Numbered from the stretch's first letter, positions 1 to 14,080 are shown. The stretch is DNA of 64,000 bases from Octopus bimaculoides (GCF_001194135.2 NC_068982.1:110624360-110688359), one strand, 5' to 3'. Notes: generated by a model not told the origin, from the sequence alone. Numbers and translations: made by a program.

Positions 1-262
1 TGGTAGACGGAAACTGAAAGAAGCCCGTCGTATATATGTATATATATATGTATGTGTGTCTGTGTTTGTCCCCCCAACATCGCTTGACAACCGATGCTGG
101 TGTGGTTATGTCCCCGTAACTTAGCGGTTCGGCAAAAGAGACCGATAGAATAAGTACTAGGCTTCTAAAGAATAAGTCCTGGGGTCGATTTGCTCGACTA
201 AAGGTGGTGCTCCAGCACAGCCACAGTCAAAAGACTGAAACAAGTAAAAGAGTAAAAGAGTA
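1..262 (+). mobile_element. SINE family A (tRNA-derived, CORE-like), 5' part cut by window start
   Basis: Near-identical to the body and tail of the full-length copy at 63175-63592: GTAGACGGAAACTGAAAGAAGCCCGTC, internal (TA/TG)n tract, GGGGTCGATTTGCTCGACT, tail GACTGAAACAAGTAAAAGAGTAAAAGAG. Confidence 0.88.
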
Positions 263-486
263 TGTGATTTGAGAAAGATTTGGTTACTGTTTCTAGCATT
301 TTGAATGACTGCGTAAAAGCAATTTAACAAAACAAACGTTTAGAGATGCCATCCGAATGGAGAAACCAATAGTTAAATAGTGATGGGCATATTTAATATG
401 GTGCATTGAATGTCTAATTAGAAATACTTGTGAGTAAAAGATTGCGGGCTTTGTGGTTATTTAGCCACAGTTTAGTCCTGTGTGAG

Positions 487-872
487 TGGAGGCGCAATGG
501 CCCAGTGGTTAGGGCAGCGGACTCGCAGTCATAGGATCGCGGTTTCGATTCCCAAACCGGGCGCCGTGAGTGTTTATTGAGCGAAAACACCTAAAACTCC
601 ACGATGCTCCGGCAGGGGATGGTGGCAAACCCTGCTGTACTCTTTCACCACAACTTTCTCTCACTCTTACTTCCTGTTTCTGTTGTGCCTGTAATTCAAA
701 GGGTCAGCCTTGTCACACTGTGTCACGCTGAATATCCCCGAGAACTACGTTATGGGTACACGTGTCTGTGGAGTGCTCAGCTACTTGCACGTTAATTTCA
801 CGAGCAGGCTATTCCATTGATCAGATTAACTGGAACCCTCGACGTCGTAAGCGACGGAGTGCCAACAACAAC
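487..872 (+). mobile_element. Full-length tRNA-derived SINE (family C) with (CAA)n tail and 13-bp target-site duplication
   Basis: A-box TGGCCCAGTGG, B-box-like GGTTTCGATTCC, 3' CAACAACAAC tail. Exact direct repeat AGTCCTGTGTGAG at 474-486 and 873-885. Confidence 0.9.
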
Positions 873-904
873 AGTCCTGTGTGAGCAGAGATATGATTAA
901 ATGA

Positions 905-1065
905 GTTCCAGCCTTGACCATCGCATCTTTTTAGCAGACATAGTGTATAAAGACCAACAGGATGCAACATATCCTTCTCTTTTCAAGATGATAGTGTGTG
1001 AATTGAAAGCAATTTGGTTGCTATTTCTAAGACATCGAAAAATCGTATATAGAGGTTTCCGTGTT
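905..1065 (-). mobile_element. Old interspersed repeat (family D, SINE-like), degenerate
   Basis: Shares the motif GTGTGA-TTGAAxGxAATTTGGxTGCTATTTCTA with the copies at 5838, 12158 and 17378. Boundaries approximate. Confidence 0.6.
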
Positions 1066-1714
1066 GATGTTTAGTTTCATTTTAATCCTGATTTAGCAGA
1101 TCTATGACCAGCGACGCTCTACTCCTAAACAATTTTTTTTTTTTAAATACAAACCACTATACTTGTGACTAAAGTGGTAATTTGGCAAAGTCATCAGAAC
1201 GTTGAATAAAATACTTTGCTGAATTAGTTCCAGCTCTCTGGTCTCTAAATTCAAATCTAAGTTAACTTTTCCTTTCATCATTTCAAGTTCAATCTAATCA
1301 AAATGCCAGTCTTGGGCAGTCGATTGGTGGAATTATTAGAGTATCAGACGAGATGCTTTGTATCTATTCTAGGACTTTGCATTTTGAGTTCAAATTCCAC
1401 CTTTTGGTGGTGGTGAAACGGGAGTTTCCAGACTCGGTCAACGGTGATAGGACTACACCTACAGTTAGGAGAGAGAGAAACGTATATCTATAACAAGATT
1501 AGTTAATTTAATCTCCCATTTTCTTTTTTTTAAACGATAAAGTGTTCTAAGGAAGATTTTATTTCGAACTCAAGTGTCCCGCTTAGAATCGTTGTCGTTG
1601 TTGCGGTCGAGGGATTAAATAGAAGCTGTCTCATTTGTCTCGAGAAGGAAACTATTTGGTACATATTTAAAAGTAAAGAATTTTATGGTACTGCTACTCA
1701 CTCTTATGCAGTCG

Positions 1715-2500
1715 CTTTCATTGTTACTTCCATAGAAAAAACATTCGATACGGTTAATAGGAAGGCTCTCTGGAGAATAGTCTTTAAGTTGGGTTGCTCT
1801 GGAAAGATTGTAAGTACCATTCGATCTATGCATAACAATATGAAGGCATAGGTTTGCTTTAACAGAAAACTGTTGGAGCCAATCTCTGCTGAGTGAGATG
1901 TAAAGTATGGTGTTCTATATACTCTCGGCTTCTTAGCAATCTTTTTCCTTATTGTGCGAAAAAATAGCGTTTTCTGATAACAACACTGATATTTATATGA
2001 TATCGAACAACAAGAAAACTCTTGTACCATTAAAGAACACCATTTCTCTGATTAGATATTTGTTATTTGTAGATGACTGTGACTTGCTTACTCACACTGA
2101 AACCGACTTGCAGAAAGTAACGAACTACTTCGCCACACCATATGAGTTTCGGTTAACATGAAAAAACAACAAAAAAAAAACAAAGACAAAACAGTTGTGA
2201 TGTATCTGCCGGCACATATAAGACTATATTATTCACCTGTCATTTATGATAAAGATCGCGGCTAAGTTTATATATATGGGTTGTATACTCTCCCGGTCCA
2301 GCATCCTGGACGAAGAAACCAGCAACAGGATTTGAAAAGCTGTTGATACATAGGGAAGTTGCAAAAGAGACTGGTTACAATCAAATATCATAAAAATGTA
2401 CAAACATTCAAGTGTACCGGGCAATTGTGCTTACAGATACAAAAAGCAGGCAACATTTAACAGACATCTGCAGCATCAGTGCTTGCGGTGCATAGTAATC
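1715..2500 (+). mobile_element. RTE-clade LINE reverse transcriptase relic
   Basis: Translation across stops and frameshifts gives KTFDTVNRKALWRIVFKLGC (KAFDxVxR motif), DVKYG (GVKQG), YLLFVDDCDLL (FADD motif) and FIYMGCILSRSSILDEETSNRI. RTE assignment is from recalled motif similarity. Confidence 0.85.
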
Positions 2501-2887
2501 TCTTGGATATGGTTTATATCAAAAACAGAAGTGAAGCTGTAGGTCTCTACCATATAGTCTTTACAATACATTTCAAAAGCAGGATTCCTTAGCTATGAGC
2601 GGAGTGATATTATTCTTGATGTGGAAAAACAATATAATATGTAAGTTGACTTTCCGTGAGGTCTGTGTAGCAGAAATATGTTGTATAGCAAAAATACAAA
2701 CGAAGCCATACTTAATAATCACTCATAAATCACCTAAGCTGGTGATTCTATTCATTTTCCCACCCAAGGATTATTTCTCTCGATAAATTATGGGCTGTTA
2801 TTTATTGATAACTTGATTTGCATTTGACCTTTATAAAAGACTAATTTTCAGCTTTTTCGATGCTCTGAAGAAAAGAAGGAAAAACCC

Positions 2888-2888
<1 letters not shown>

Positions 2889-2981
<93 letters not shown>
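2889..2981. repeat. (CA)n microsatellite followed by mixed TATG/GTAG tracts
   Basis: Directly visible. Representative of many (CA)n, (TA)n and (TACA)n arrays, e.g. 8840-8950, 19285-19392, 47625-47740, 56975-57058, 62596-62734. Confidence 0.98.
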
Positions 2982-2983
<2 letters not shown>

Positions 2984-3411
2984 GTAAGTATATATGTATG
3001 CGTGTTTTGTGTGTGCGTTTGTGTATGCGCGCGTGTGTATGTATGTATGTATGCATGTCTGTATGTATGTATGTATGTAGGTAGGTAGGTAGGTGTATAT
3101 GAATGTATGCATGTTCTTTCCTATTTTTAGATATTTGAAGTCTTCTTGTAAGGAAGGAACTAGTTCCTAACAAAGATACGAAGCTCCATTGGAATATAGT
3201 CGACAAAAAACAATGTCATACGCTGAACTTGAAAAAAGTCTCACATATTTTGACTGTTCCGCTTACGCACTGTATTTTTAATGTGTGTCAGCTGGTTGAT
3301 TTATTTCTCTCAAAACTCTAGCCTTTCCAGATTGTCACCGAGGAATTTACTATCAAAACCAAGGGCACCCATCAGTATTAGAATAAATATGAATTAATAA
3401 TCTGGGTTGTA

Positions 3412-3446
<35 letters not shown>

Positions 3447-4604
3447 ACGTATGTAAGTATTATGTATATAAATGCACATATGACACACACACATACACAC
3501 ACACACATGCGCATGTATAACGATACGATTTCGAATTATGAAAACATTTATCCACTAATAAAATCATATATATGACCATCCTTAATAATGTTAATTAGTT
3601 ATGAAATATTCAGATCAACCCATAGTGATTTTATTCCTTATAACCATCTAGGTCATGTGCAGACAATTGAGATAATGTATAGGAAGTCTTGTTAATGAAT
3701 TTCAATATTTTCTCTTTGTTCTTGTTCACATGATTGCTATTTTCTTGAAAAAGATTTTGTGAAAAGAAAGCAAAAGTCATCTAGCTACTAAATCGTTTCA
3801 AATACGACAAATGAAGATAAAAGATACACATCACAAGCCATTCAAATAATGTCTAACACTTTGATAGAGAGAAACCTCTCTAAATCATTTCATGATTCAT
3901 CAATAAAAGTGATGCCGAGAACACAGAAAGTAGACCTATTAGAACTTTCACCTGAAAGATTGTGACATATCACGGCTTATACATATCTTTGTGTTACATT
4001 TCATCCTCTACAGCTTCAACAGTGTTAACATTTGATGCAATCCAATAACTTATATTTCGTTCATGTGACTGAAAGGATAGCTCACAGTTTCTACGAAATA
4101 TATCAAATAGAAAGCATTCTCTATGGAATTGTCAAGAAATCCAATAAAATGAAAAGAAATTGGCAAGAGACCATACATTTGTAGTACCGATCCTTATCAA
4201 AATGTTGCATAGTAATTTAATCATTTCGGATTTTCATTGATTTTGACAGGATTTTAAAGAACTCAATCATTTAAATAGTGTTGTATTCGGATAATCAATA
4301 CCCATAATGTGATAGCTAAGATAAATTAGTTGACCATTGTTCGAGCTGTATGCAACATAAAAACTTAGGAAAGAAATGTTGTGATTTGAAATAAAATCAC
4401 TGAACATTTTTATAGCTTATGGAACGGAGTGACGTGGATAACGTGAAATACAAATATTCAAAATCTCTCGGCTTCAAAAGTTCGATTCTATTGGAACAAA
4501 GTATCCTTTTCTGAGTTCATTTCTTCGACTGCATTGAATAGCTATATAATTTTAGGTACCCTATCACACATTACACACATACCGCGATACGACGCATGGA
4601 TACC

Positions 4605-4772
4605 TCTACAAAGTCGCTCGGCCAGTCAGAAATAGCTGACAAATTACTTCAGATCACACGTTACCATCATAAAAATGGAAGATACATTGTACAGCGTAGC
4701 TCTAGTGATATACAGACGGAATGATCATGAATGGAGTGACTTTGGTTAAAGGTATGCTAAACCAACAACAAA
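4605..4772 (+). mobile_element. Family D repeat, sense copy ending in CAACAACAAACA
   Basis: AGAAATAGCTGACAAATTACTTCAGATCACAC is the reverse complement of the family D core; (CAA)n-like tail. Confidence 0.6.
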
Positions 4773-5837
4773 CATAGGCGACTATGATATCTTCTTTTGA
4801 ACCTTGAAATTTCCTCCATTTGATTTATTGATATAGGTGTTGTTTTTGTCTAGCCCGGGTTATCCATGATCGAATAAACTTTTGATCCAAAAATATTCCA
4901 GCTGGGACCATCCCGTCCAATAAAGAGATATAGAGGAATATATTATCCAATCTAATCAATGTAGCAGGCTGTATTTTGATGAAAATTTGGTTGTTAATTC
5001 TAATAGGTCGAGCGAATGTAGAAGCTCCTACGTTGGCTCGACGATCTACTGATATAGACTTCATCTGTCTCAAATTAGACATGAGCCAAATTTCTAAATT
5101 CCCAAGGGATTAGTTCGGACGCCTAAAAGTGTAATCTGGATAGTCTTATCACTTGCCCAAAGTAAAATTTAAGCAATATTTCTAACAGAATGAGTTAACA
5201 TCTCATAAATTTTCTTTTGTTATTCTAAATAATTATGTGTATTATTTATCATTGTACACAATATGTAAAGAAAATGGCAAGAATCCAGCAAGTATGAACT
5301 TAAATATGCTTTGTTTAACGTAACTGGTATTATACAAAATGTTTATTATTCTTTAAGAAGACGCCATCTTCCTATTTCAGAGCTTTAATTAAACATTCTC
5401 TGTGTAAAAATGTATTTAGCTTGAATCAAATAAGAAATGTATTACTTCTGATCTACTCAAGAGTTTTAGTTGTAGGCACATTGCTTTGAAATGAATTTCT
5501 CATTTAGTACTCTATGATTTCATATTGCGTATGAGAGAACAAAAGGAGCTCAAGAGAATTTATTTAAAAAGATTGAAGATTAAATGAATAAATACAAACT
5601 TAAGTGAATTATTTAGTATGAGTGGTCAATGTACAGAAACGACAGAGTATTAAATAAAATATCGCACTATTTAATTCAGATACTTTACATTTTGTGTTGA
5701 AATCCTGCCGGGACAGACTTAAAATTAATATAATTATAGGGTCGGTGAAAATAAGTACTGTAATATATTGAGGTTGATTCAAATATATCAACCCTGCGAA
5801 TTTGTAGACTTGTGTCAAGGAGAAAAATAAACACTGT

Positions 5838-6060
5838 CGTTGTTGTTTAGTCCCAGATCAACTCTGATCAAGCAGACCTATTACTATAGGCGGCGTTCCA
5901 ACTGTGATTGTTCGTTTTGATTTTTGTGAGACACAATGTTTCTAGGATTACACTATCTAATATACTCATCCATATTAAAACCCGCTTGCGTGTGATATGA
6001 GAGAGATTTGGATGGCTGATACTTCAGGCAGATCAAGTTACCGCATAGAAGCTTTCTCAT
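5838..6060 (-). mobile_element. Family D repeat
   Basis: Starts GTCGTTGTTGTTTAGTCCCAGATCAACTCTGATCAAGCAGACCTAT (reverse-complemented CAA tail); core GTGTGATATGAGAGAGATTTGGATGGCTG. Confidence 0.7.
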
Positions 6061-7985
6061 AGGCCAAAACACTTATATAAGCATCGTGTGTTACTGTGTA
6101 TATCCAAGTAAAGCCGTAGTTGCATGCTATCTTTTACATCCAGAAAATTTATCCAACTGAATAGCCAAGCAACCATTCAACTGTAGCAAGCTTAAATTGT
6201 CTTAAAGAGTATGTAAAATGTATGCACATCTACCAATATTTGCGTAACAACGACGTAACTTTTCTTGAAAATGAATTGGTTAATTCCTTTAGTTATTCAA
6301 GAACTTATCGAACCCATTTGTAATATTTGGTACTATGTCACTTCTCAAATCAATCTTTATTAACGGAGGTTGAAATATAATTTAAAGCATCAGGAGTTGA
6401 TTCCGAATTTTGTTCACTGTCACTCTGTATCAATATTTATTCGAGATGTAAGTGCAAGTATACATCTGCCACCTTTAAGAATCATAGCTGTTTTATTTAC
6501 TGTTTGAGATATTATCCAACTTGTTGTGTTTCGTCATTTCTTCTGCATCAATATTATATTGGAGCTGTAGTTTCATAAAACATTGTTATTAGTTATCACA
6601 CACATCTGCCTATCAAAGCAGATGAAACAAGATGAAACAGTGTCAGAGATTGTTTGATAACTCAAAAATATGAAGTTCAAAATTTTAATGATAGGATCAT
6701 TATTTTCTGAATATGCGTTTAAATCCATTTTTGATACTTGCAGCAATTCTTTCAGCAATTCCATTTCATTCAGGATGATGGAGACTTTTTCATAGGTTTT
6801 ATCCGAATTTACCAAGCCTTGAACAAAAGAAGTGATTATCACGATATTCACTGGCATGGTCAAACACTAATATGTCTCGAACACCATTTCTGGCAAATAC
6901 TGTTCTGAATAGTTACCTGTTTCTACTTCTTTATTCTGAACTCATTAATTCTGACTATCCAGGGCATGTACCGACTAGTATTAAGATCAGTCTAAATTCT
7001 TGACATTAGCGTGAGCCTTATGTACACGTCCATGCTTTAATTTCTTTACACGTGTGCACTTTTGAGGTGATCTCGCTTTATTCGAACACATATCGGGCAT
7101 TTTATATTTCGTTCCATATCTTCACAATTAGAAGCATAGTGACCAGTACCAATTTTGAGAAGCTGTATTCACAAAGCCAAAAAGGACACACCTAAGCAGG
7201 AGAGTGCAGTTACAAGTCGTCAAAGGTAGTGTTAACATACGTAAAACACACATAGTGTTCAGCATGCAATAAGATCTAATTATGCACTGCCCTTCATGCC
7301 TTTCCCCATGTGTACATGTATATTGGTGCGTACATACACTCACACACACGCACATACACACACATACATACATACACACATATATGTACACATATGCGGA
7401 TACGTGTATACATATATTTGTACACACATATATACATGCAAGACTACCCTGTTTGCTGTTATTTAAATTCCAGTGAGACTTGTTTCGAGATCTAGGAACC
7501 GGCTCTTTCTCCATTAGTGAAAAATTCGGAAAATAAAATCAAGAACGTACATAAATACATACATAAGCACACACACATATCATAAAATACATAAAGAAAA
7601 AATAAACAAGTTTAACGGTTTTGAATTTCAATTTTTTTCACTGTAATATTATAATATAAAATAAAATGACAGAAAAAGTAAAAAAGTATAATGAATGCAT
7701 ATTTTATTTTATATGTATTTAATGATATATATTTATATATATTATAGAAATTGGACATGGGCGATCGTTGTATTCTTTCTTGTCTTGAGGTTCACAGCCA
7801 AACGGCTGGGTAGATTGAATGCAAGGTAAGTAAGAAATATTGAATGCAAGGTAAGTCTACATTAATTCATATATTTGTTTTCTTGGGATTTGCCTTGCAT
7901 TTACTTTGATTTGTTCTGGCCTTACCCACGATCCTTTATGCAATCTATATATCTATCTATCTGTCCATCTATCTATCTGTCCATC

Positions 7986-8025
<40 letters not shown>

Positions 8026-8233
8026 NNNNNNNNNNNNNNNNNNNNNNNNNNNNNNNNNNNNNNNNNNNNNNNNNNNNNNNNNNNNNNNNNNNNNNNNNNN
8101 NNNNNNNNNNNNNNNNNNNNNNNNNNNNNNNNNNNNNNNNNNNNNNNNNNNNNNNNNNNNNNNNNNNNNNNNNNNNNNNNNNNNNNNNNNNNNNNNTTTT
8201 CCTTTTTGGTACACATTGCTTACCACTGCCTAC

Positions 8234-8277
<44 letters not shown>

Positions 8278-8284
8278 TATATAT

Positions 8285-8952
<668 letters not shown>

Positions 8953-9067
8953 TTCTTTAAAATTCATTTTGTTCCATTTTGAAATGCAGTACAGTAGCGA
9001 AGAGTTTTGTTTTGGGCAATCTCGTTACGGGTTTTCGTTAAAACGATTTTTTTAAATACCCCGTGAA

Positions 9068-9122
9068 TTTCATTATAATGGTATTTCATTATAATGGTAT
9101 TTCATTATAATGGTATTTCATT
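9068..9122. repeat. Perfect 16-bp tandem repeat, 3 copies plus a partial (TTTCATTATAATGGTA)
   Basis: Units at 9068, 9084 and 9100; each contains the palindrome CATTATAATG. Confidence 0.95.
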
Positions 9123-10069
9123 TCTATCTTCTTTTAATTATGATTAATACCTTTAATAAATAGCGTATAGAAAAGCCATCATGCAAAAGTATTCTTGAAA
9201 TAGCCTTTACATTTGCTTCAGTTGTTAAGGTAACTTCTTTTGGACATCATAAATCTGAACTGTTGGCTTTGATACTAACGTCAGTTATATATGCTAAAAT
9301 ATTCTTTTGTCGAACACTTCATGAAAATGGAGTACTGTGTCTATGAAATGATGCAAGTGACGATATGCCGTTTGAATAATTATCAATGTAACTTTCACAG
9401 AAATTCACAAGTTCAAGACAAATTCTTATTGCTTCTTATTCTTTGGTAGTTTTACAACCATAATTCTCGCTACGAAACAATGAACTGGTGATATACTGAT
9501 CATTATTCAGATGGCATATCACCGCTAACTTCACTTTATAAACGCAATGTCCCATTTTCATGGGCTTTCCAACAATAAAAGGCATTCAGAAGTGCTGTGT
9601 TATTCTGTATTTATCCAAGTAAAGCCGCCATCACATGAGATCCTATCCTTTAAGTTTAGAGACTGTATTCAACTGAATAGCCAAATTCTGATATTGAACT
9701 GCTAGTAATTCTAAATAGTGTTAATCAGAATGTAAAATGCATGTAAGGATATCAGTATTAGCATAACAATAACATCAGAAGAAGACTAAAATTACGAATA
9801 CCACTTCGCAAAATTTCGTTTTGATATTTTCAAAGAATATAAATACTCGCAATTCCTAGCGTCTCTTCTTATTCTGTTATAGATTTCTACTTCGAGCAAA
9901 CAAATTCATAAGGGAGTGATCACAGCTGATAGAAGAGTGGTGGTTGGTACTTATTTTATTAAATTCGGAGTGGGTGGATGAAAGGTAAAATCAACACCAG
10001 AATTTAAAAGAATGCAAATGGGATGGAAAAGCATTTAGTCAAGTAATCCACTATGTCAGTCATTTCCCG

Positions 10070-10108
10070 TCTTGTTCTTGTTCTTGTTCTTGTTCTTTTT
10101 GTTGTTGC

Positions 10109-10178
<70 letters not shown>

Positions 10179-10250
10179 CTTCTTCTTCTTCTTCTTCTTC
10201 TTCTTCTTCTTCTTCTTCTTCTTCTTCTTCTTCTTCTTCTTCTCCTCCCT
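10070..10250. repeat. Compound microsatellite (GTTCTT)n-(GTT)n-(CTT)n
   Basis: Directly visible; source of the poly-V/L and poly-E/Q ORFs in the track. Confidence 0.97.
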
Positions 10251-10721
10251 CCCCCATTCGCCAGGATAATGAACTCAGGACGTAAAGATACGCAACTAAA
10301 TATGGCATGGCATTTTAATGGACGCTTTGTCGCTTCTGCTTTGATATTGAGAGGAACATCGAAGACTTGGTTTAAAANNNNNNNNNNNNNNNNNNNNNNN
10401 NNNNNNNNNNNNNNNNNNNNNNNNNNNNNNNNNNNNNNNNNNNNNNNNNNNNNNNNNNNNNNNNNNNNNNNNNNNNNNNNNNNNNNNNNNNNNNNNNNNN
10501 NNNNNNNNNNNNNNNNNNNNNNNNNNNNNNNNNNNNNNNNNNNNNNNNNNNNNNNNNNNNNNNNNNNNNNNNNNNNNNNNNNNNNNNNNNNNNNNNNNNN
10601 NNNNNNNNNNNNNNNNNNNNNNNNNNNNNNNNNNNNNNNNNNNNNNNNNNNNNNNNNNNNNNNNNNNNNNNNNNNNNNNNNNNNNNNNNNNNNNNNNNNN
10701 NNNNNNNNNNNACATAATGTA

Positions 10722-11058
10722 CAGGGTTATCCAAAAAGAATGAACCGATTTCATTACGCAATATTTTAGCAAGGTAAAGTAATAGAAAACTCAAGCTAAG
10801 TCACAAGTATTTACTCACAATCAACTTTTATTTTCTGTCTTACAAGTGTTCAATGTGGACACCACCTGCAGCACGGGCAACATCAGTGCGATAAGAGAAT
10901 TCCTCCCAGACGCATATCAGTATGTCACGATCCACTGAGTGTGTGATCCACCGTGTGCGATTTTTTGTTGTGAGGACATGTAAAAGATCGCGTTTATGTT
11001 CCACAGCTACCCACTAACTTCGATGACTTTAAACATCGAATAACAACAGCTTATCACT
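10722..11058. mobile_element. Tc1/mariner-superfamily (DD37D/DD41D-like) relic with internal inversion
   Basis: TA|CAGGGTTATCCAAAAAGAATG terminal repeat at 10720. Minus strand 10942-10840 reads SVDRDILICVWEEFSYRTDVARAAGGVHIEHL*. Plus strand from about 10960 reads DFLL*GHVKDRVYVPQLPTNFDDFKHRITTA, the segment that normally precedes it. Confidence 0.8.
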
Positions 11059-12157
11059 GCCGTTGGGGTAAGGCTTACACTTGGCTAAGATCTTCCAATG
11101 GATGTTATAGTTGACACCTTTTTCTTTTAAGGACCATATATAACTGGATAATTTGGTTGTTTTTCTTTTTTAACCAGTGTCTGAAGCTCATACACAGCTA
11201 CTCACGCATGCACACACATATATAGAGAAATTAGGAATCAGTTGATGAGTTACTCCATTACTAATCAGAATTTCATGCACATGTAAATTGATAAAATAAT
11301 GCGTCCGTAACATGCCAGGTAGATCGATACACTTTGGTCGAGGCAGATCAATGGTAGTTGACCAGAAATATCATTATTACTGGCTGAAGTGCTATAGCGT
11401 AAGGGAAAGAATATAATCCGACATGTGGCTATTAGGAAGTACGCTTGTTGAATCCGTTGGCCCTTGAGTTAGTTGGCGGTCGATCTCAGAGATAAGAAAG
11501 CTGTCCAAGAGGAATTTCCCCCGATGACGACAACTGGACAACATTTTTGATCTCCAGTTAAGTGCTAGCTGTTTTAACACCCGGAACCTTTCAGTTTGGC
11601 ATAGCTTTCACTAGGGGAATCCTTTGTATGAGATATTATTTTTTACCACTGTTTCGATTTATTGAGTGAATGCAAAAAAAAAAAATAAATAAATAAAAAA
11701 AAAACGTTGGGGAATACTTATGCAAGCAAATGCCTTATTACATCAAGATACGAAAATACCAAACTCCAATAAGAATAGAATATATCTGTTATTGTCTTCC
11801 ATACATGCTGATGAAAAAAAAAAAAAAAAGACAGAAAGAAACGAAAAAGAAAAAAACGAAAAGTATAAAACACCAAACGAAAAAGAAAACATCCGGCTTT
11901 AATTTAGTTTTTCCCCGTGTAATTTGTTCCTTGTTTAGCTTTTTAATGTTCCAGGTATTTAGATATGCTTTCATTGACTTAGCGATTACTTATTTTACCG
12001 GTGGTATCTCTGAATATTTAATTTTAAAAAGAACATCTTTAACGACCAGCTGTGGTCCTTTTAAGTGGACGTAGCAGACACAAAAATAAAAAAAATGAAG
12101 ATGCTTTTATGTCTCATGCGCAGAAACGAAAATACTAAGTTAGAGAAAATTTTCTTG

Positions 12158-12350
12158 GTTGTTGTCATTGTTTAATCTCAGTTCTGCGCTGATGGAGCAA
12201 ATATATAACCAAAGGCGTCTCGTTTTGTTATATAGCATTCTTTAAGGTGCCCTATCTTTTGTTTCATTAACATACTAAAGTGTGATTTAAAGGGAATGTG
12301 GATGCTACTTCTAGCAGGTCGAGTGCCCACACAGTGGCTTCTCTGTTGGC
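12158..12350 (-). mobile_element. Family D repeat
   Basis: GTTGTTGTC start; core GTGTGATTTAAAGGGAATGTGGATGCTACTTCTAGCAGGTCGAGTG. Confidence 0.65.
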
Positions 12351-14009
12351 TTGAACTTTCGTTAGTAATTTCTTAAAATTTCGGATCGATTGAGTGTAAT
12401 ACTAATTGTCACTAAGCCATAGTGTAGGTTATACTTTTGACAGGATACTCTATTTTTATCGACCCCAAAATGACAAGCGGCAACGTTACCTTGTTGAGAT
12501 TTGAAATCAGAATGTAAAGAGCTGTAACTAAATAATGTCAGAGTACGTATTTTGTTCGGCGCTCTAACGATTCTGCCGACTGAGAGTTAATGTTATCAAA
12601 GAAACTTCCATCGCAAAGCTGAAAATGTCAAAAACTAACGAGGTATTACCAACACATCAGTCTTGATCTTCTGACAATAAGCTACATCCTTCCTGCTTGG
12701 CTACTACATTACCAAGAAATGAGTAGCAAATGAGTAAATGAAGCTCTTCGATGAAATCGTTTTTACATAATTATTACTTTATTTGCCTCTTTTCCTGCAC
12801 TCATTCTTTTTATCTTCATTTACTAATAATTATTTAATCTCCTCTTTTTAAATCTCCTTATTTTAATATGTTCTCCTTTATTATTTCCTTTTTAGTTTTG
12901 TACCGCTTCCTTTTCTTTTCCTGTGATATTTTCTTTCGATATTCCAGCAGTTCTGACTCACCAGTGTTTTGTTTAATGTATCTTCTTTTCTAGTTATTCG
13001 CTATTTGCTTTAATCGTATTGCTCGTTCAAGTAAAAGTAGTCACTTCCTTCCCATGGCGTCTTTTTATATTCGTACACCGAACATAAGACGGAATGAAGC
13101 TATTGTCGTTGATATCTGAGCCGGTGTGCAGGTACGTGTGTATGAAGAAATGTGTATGTGTGTCTTATACATACATATATATATATATGTAAGTATGTAT
13201 GCATATATGTATGTGTGTGTGTGTGTGTGTGATTAAGCGCGTGGGGGTAAGTGTGCATTCGCTTATCTCTAAGCAAATAAAAAGCATAGGTGCAATCAAT
13301 GATGGGTGAAAGGAAGCATAAAATGGACTTGTCCTATTTTCAGAACGAAGATAATACTTTGTTGGGAAATACTTTCCCCTTGATATTCTGTACTTCCATC
13401 TCAAATGTCAACGGTCAATTTGACTGATTACGATACGAACACAGACTCTCTCTCTTTCGTCTGTCTCTCTCTCTCTCGCTTTTCCATGCTTTCTCTCTCT
13501 CTCTCTCACGCGCGCACGCACAGAAATGCATAAACATAGAGAATTCCAGAAAGCAACAGAACGGTTGGCAAAACATTTTTGACATAGTAAATTTAGTAGA
13601 AACGGTAGAGCGTCCGACTGACTGTATTGCGAAATTATTTATCTCGTTTCTGTAGTATTAACCGGAACCAACTCAGTCTTTAAATCACTCTCTTTTCTTT
13701 TACTACTTTTTTTTTCTGGTTTCACTTTATTTGACTGCGACCATGCTACCCCAGTTCTTCATTACTTATTTCATTATAGACATTGAGGTAAACAGAGATA
13801 ATTCAGTTGGAGATTAATAGTGCGGGATATTTATGTCCGAATGTGCCGGTTCTCATTCTACGCAGCAAATGCATTAAAAACATACCTGCATACCAACATA
13901 CATACATACATACATACATATATACATACATACAACGTACACACGCACACGCCTCTAATGAGAACCCAATAAGGCTCTAAAAATCGATTAAGGTTGTTCA
14001 TCGTTTTTT

Positions 14010-14080
14010 AAAGGTGATGCTTCAGCATGGCCGCAGTCAAATGACTGAAACAAGTAAAAGAATAAAAGAATAAAAGAATA
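14010..14080 (+). mobile_element. 3' tail of SINE family A
   Basis: AAAGGTGATGCTTCAGCATGGCCGCAGTCAAATGACTGAAACAAGTAAAAGAATAAAAGAATA. Confidence 0.85.

Noticed and set aside
487-560. tRNA gene
   Set aside because: A and B boxes are present, but the sequence continues into a ~300-bp body with a (CAA)n tail and a 13-bp TSD and forms no proper acceptor stem. It is a SINE head.
3600-4260. Additional hydrophobic minus-strand frames as a third receptor relic
   Set aside because: Many stops, no nucleotide similarity visible to the 6.1 and 9.7 kb pair, and hydrophobic bias is expected in AT-rich DNA.
6712-6777. Signal-peptide-like frame MRLNPFLILAAILSAIPFHSG on the plus strand
   Set aside because: It stops after 21 codons, and I see no donor or continuation.
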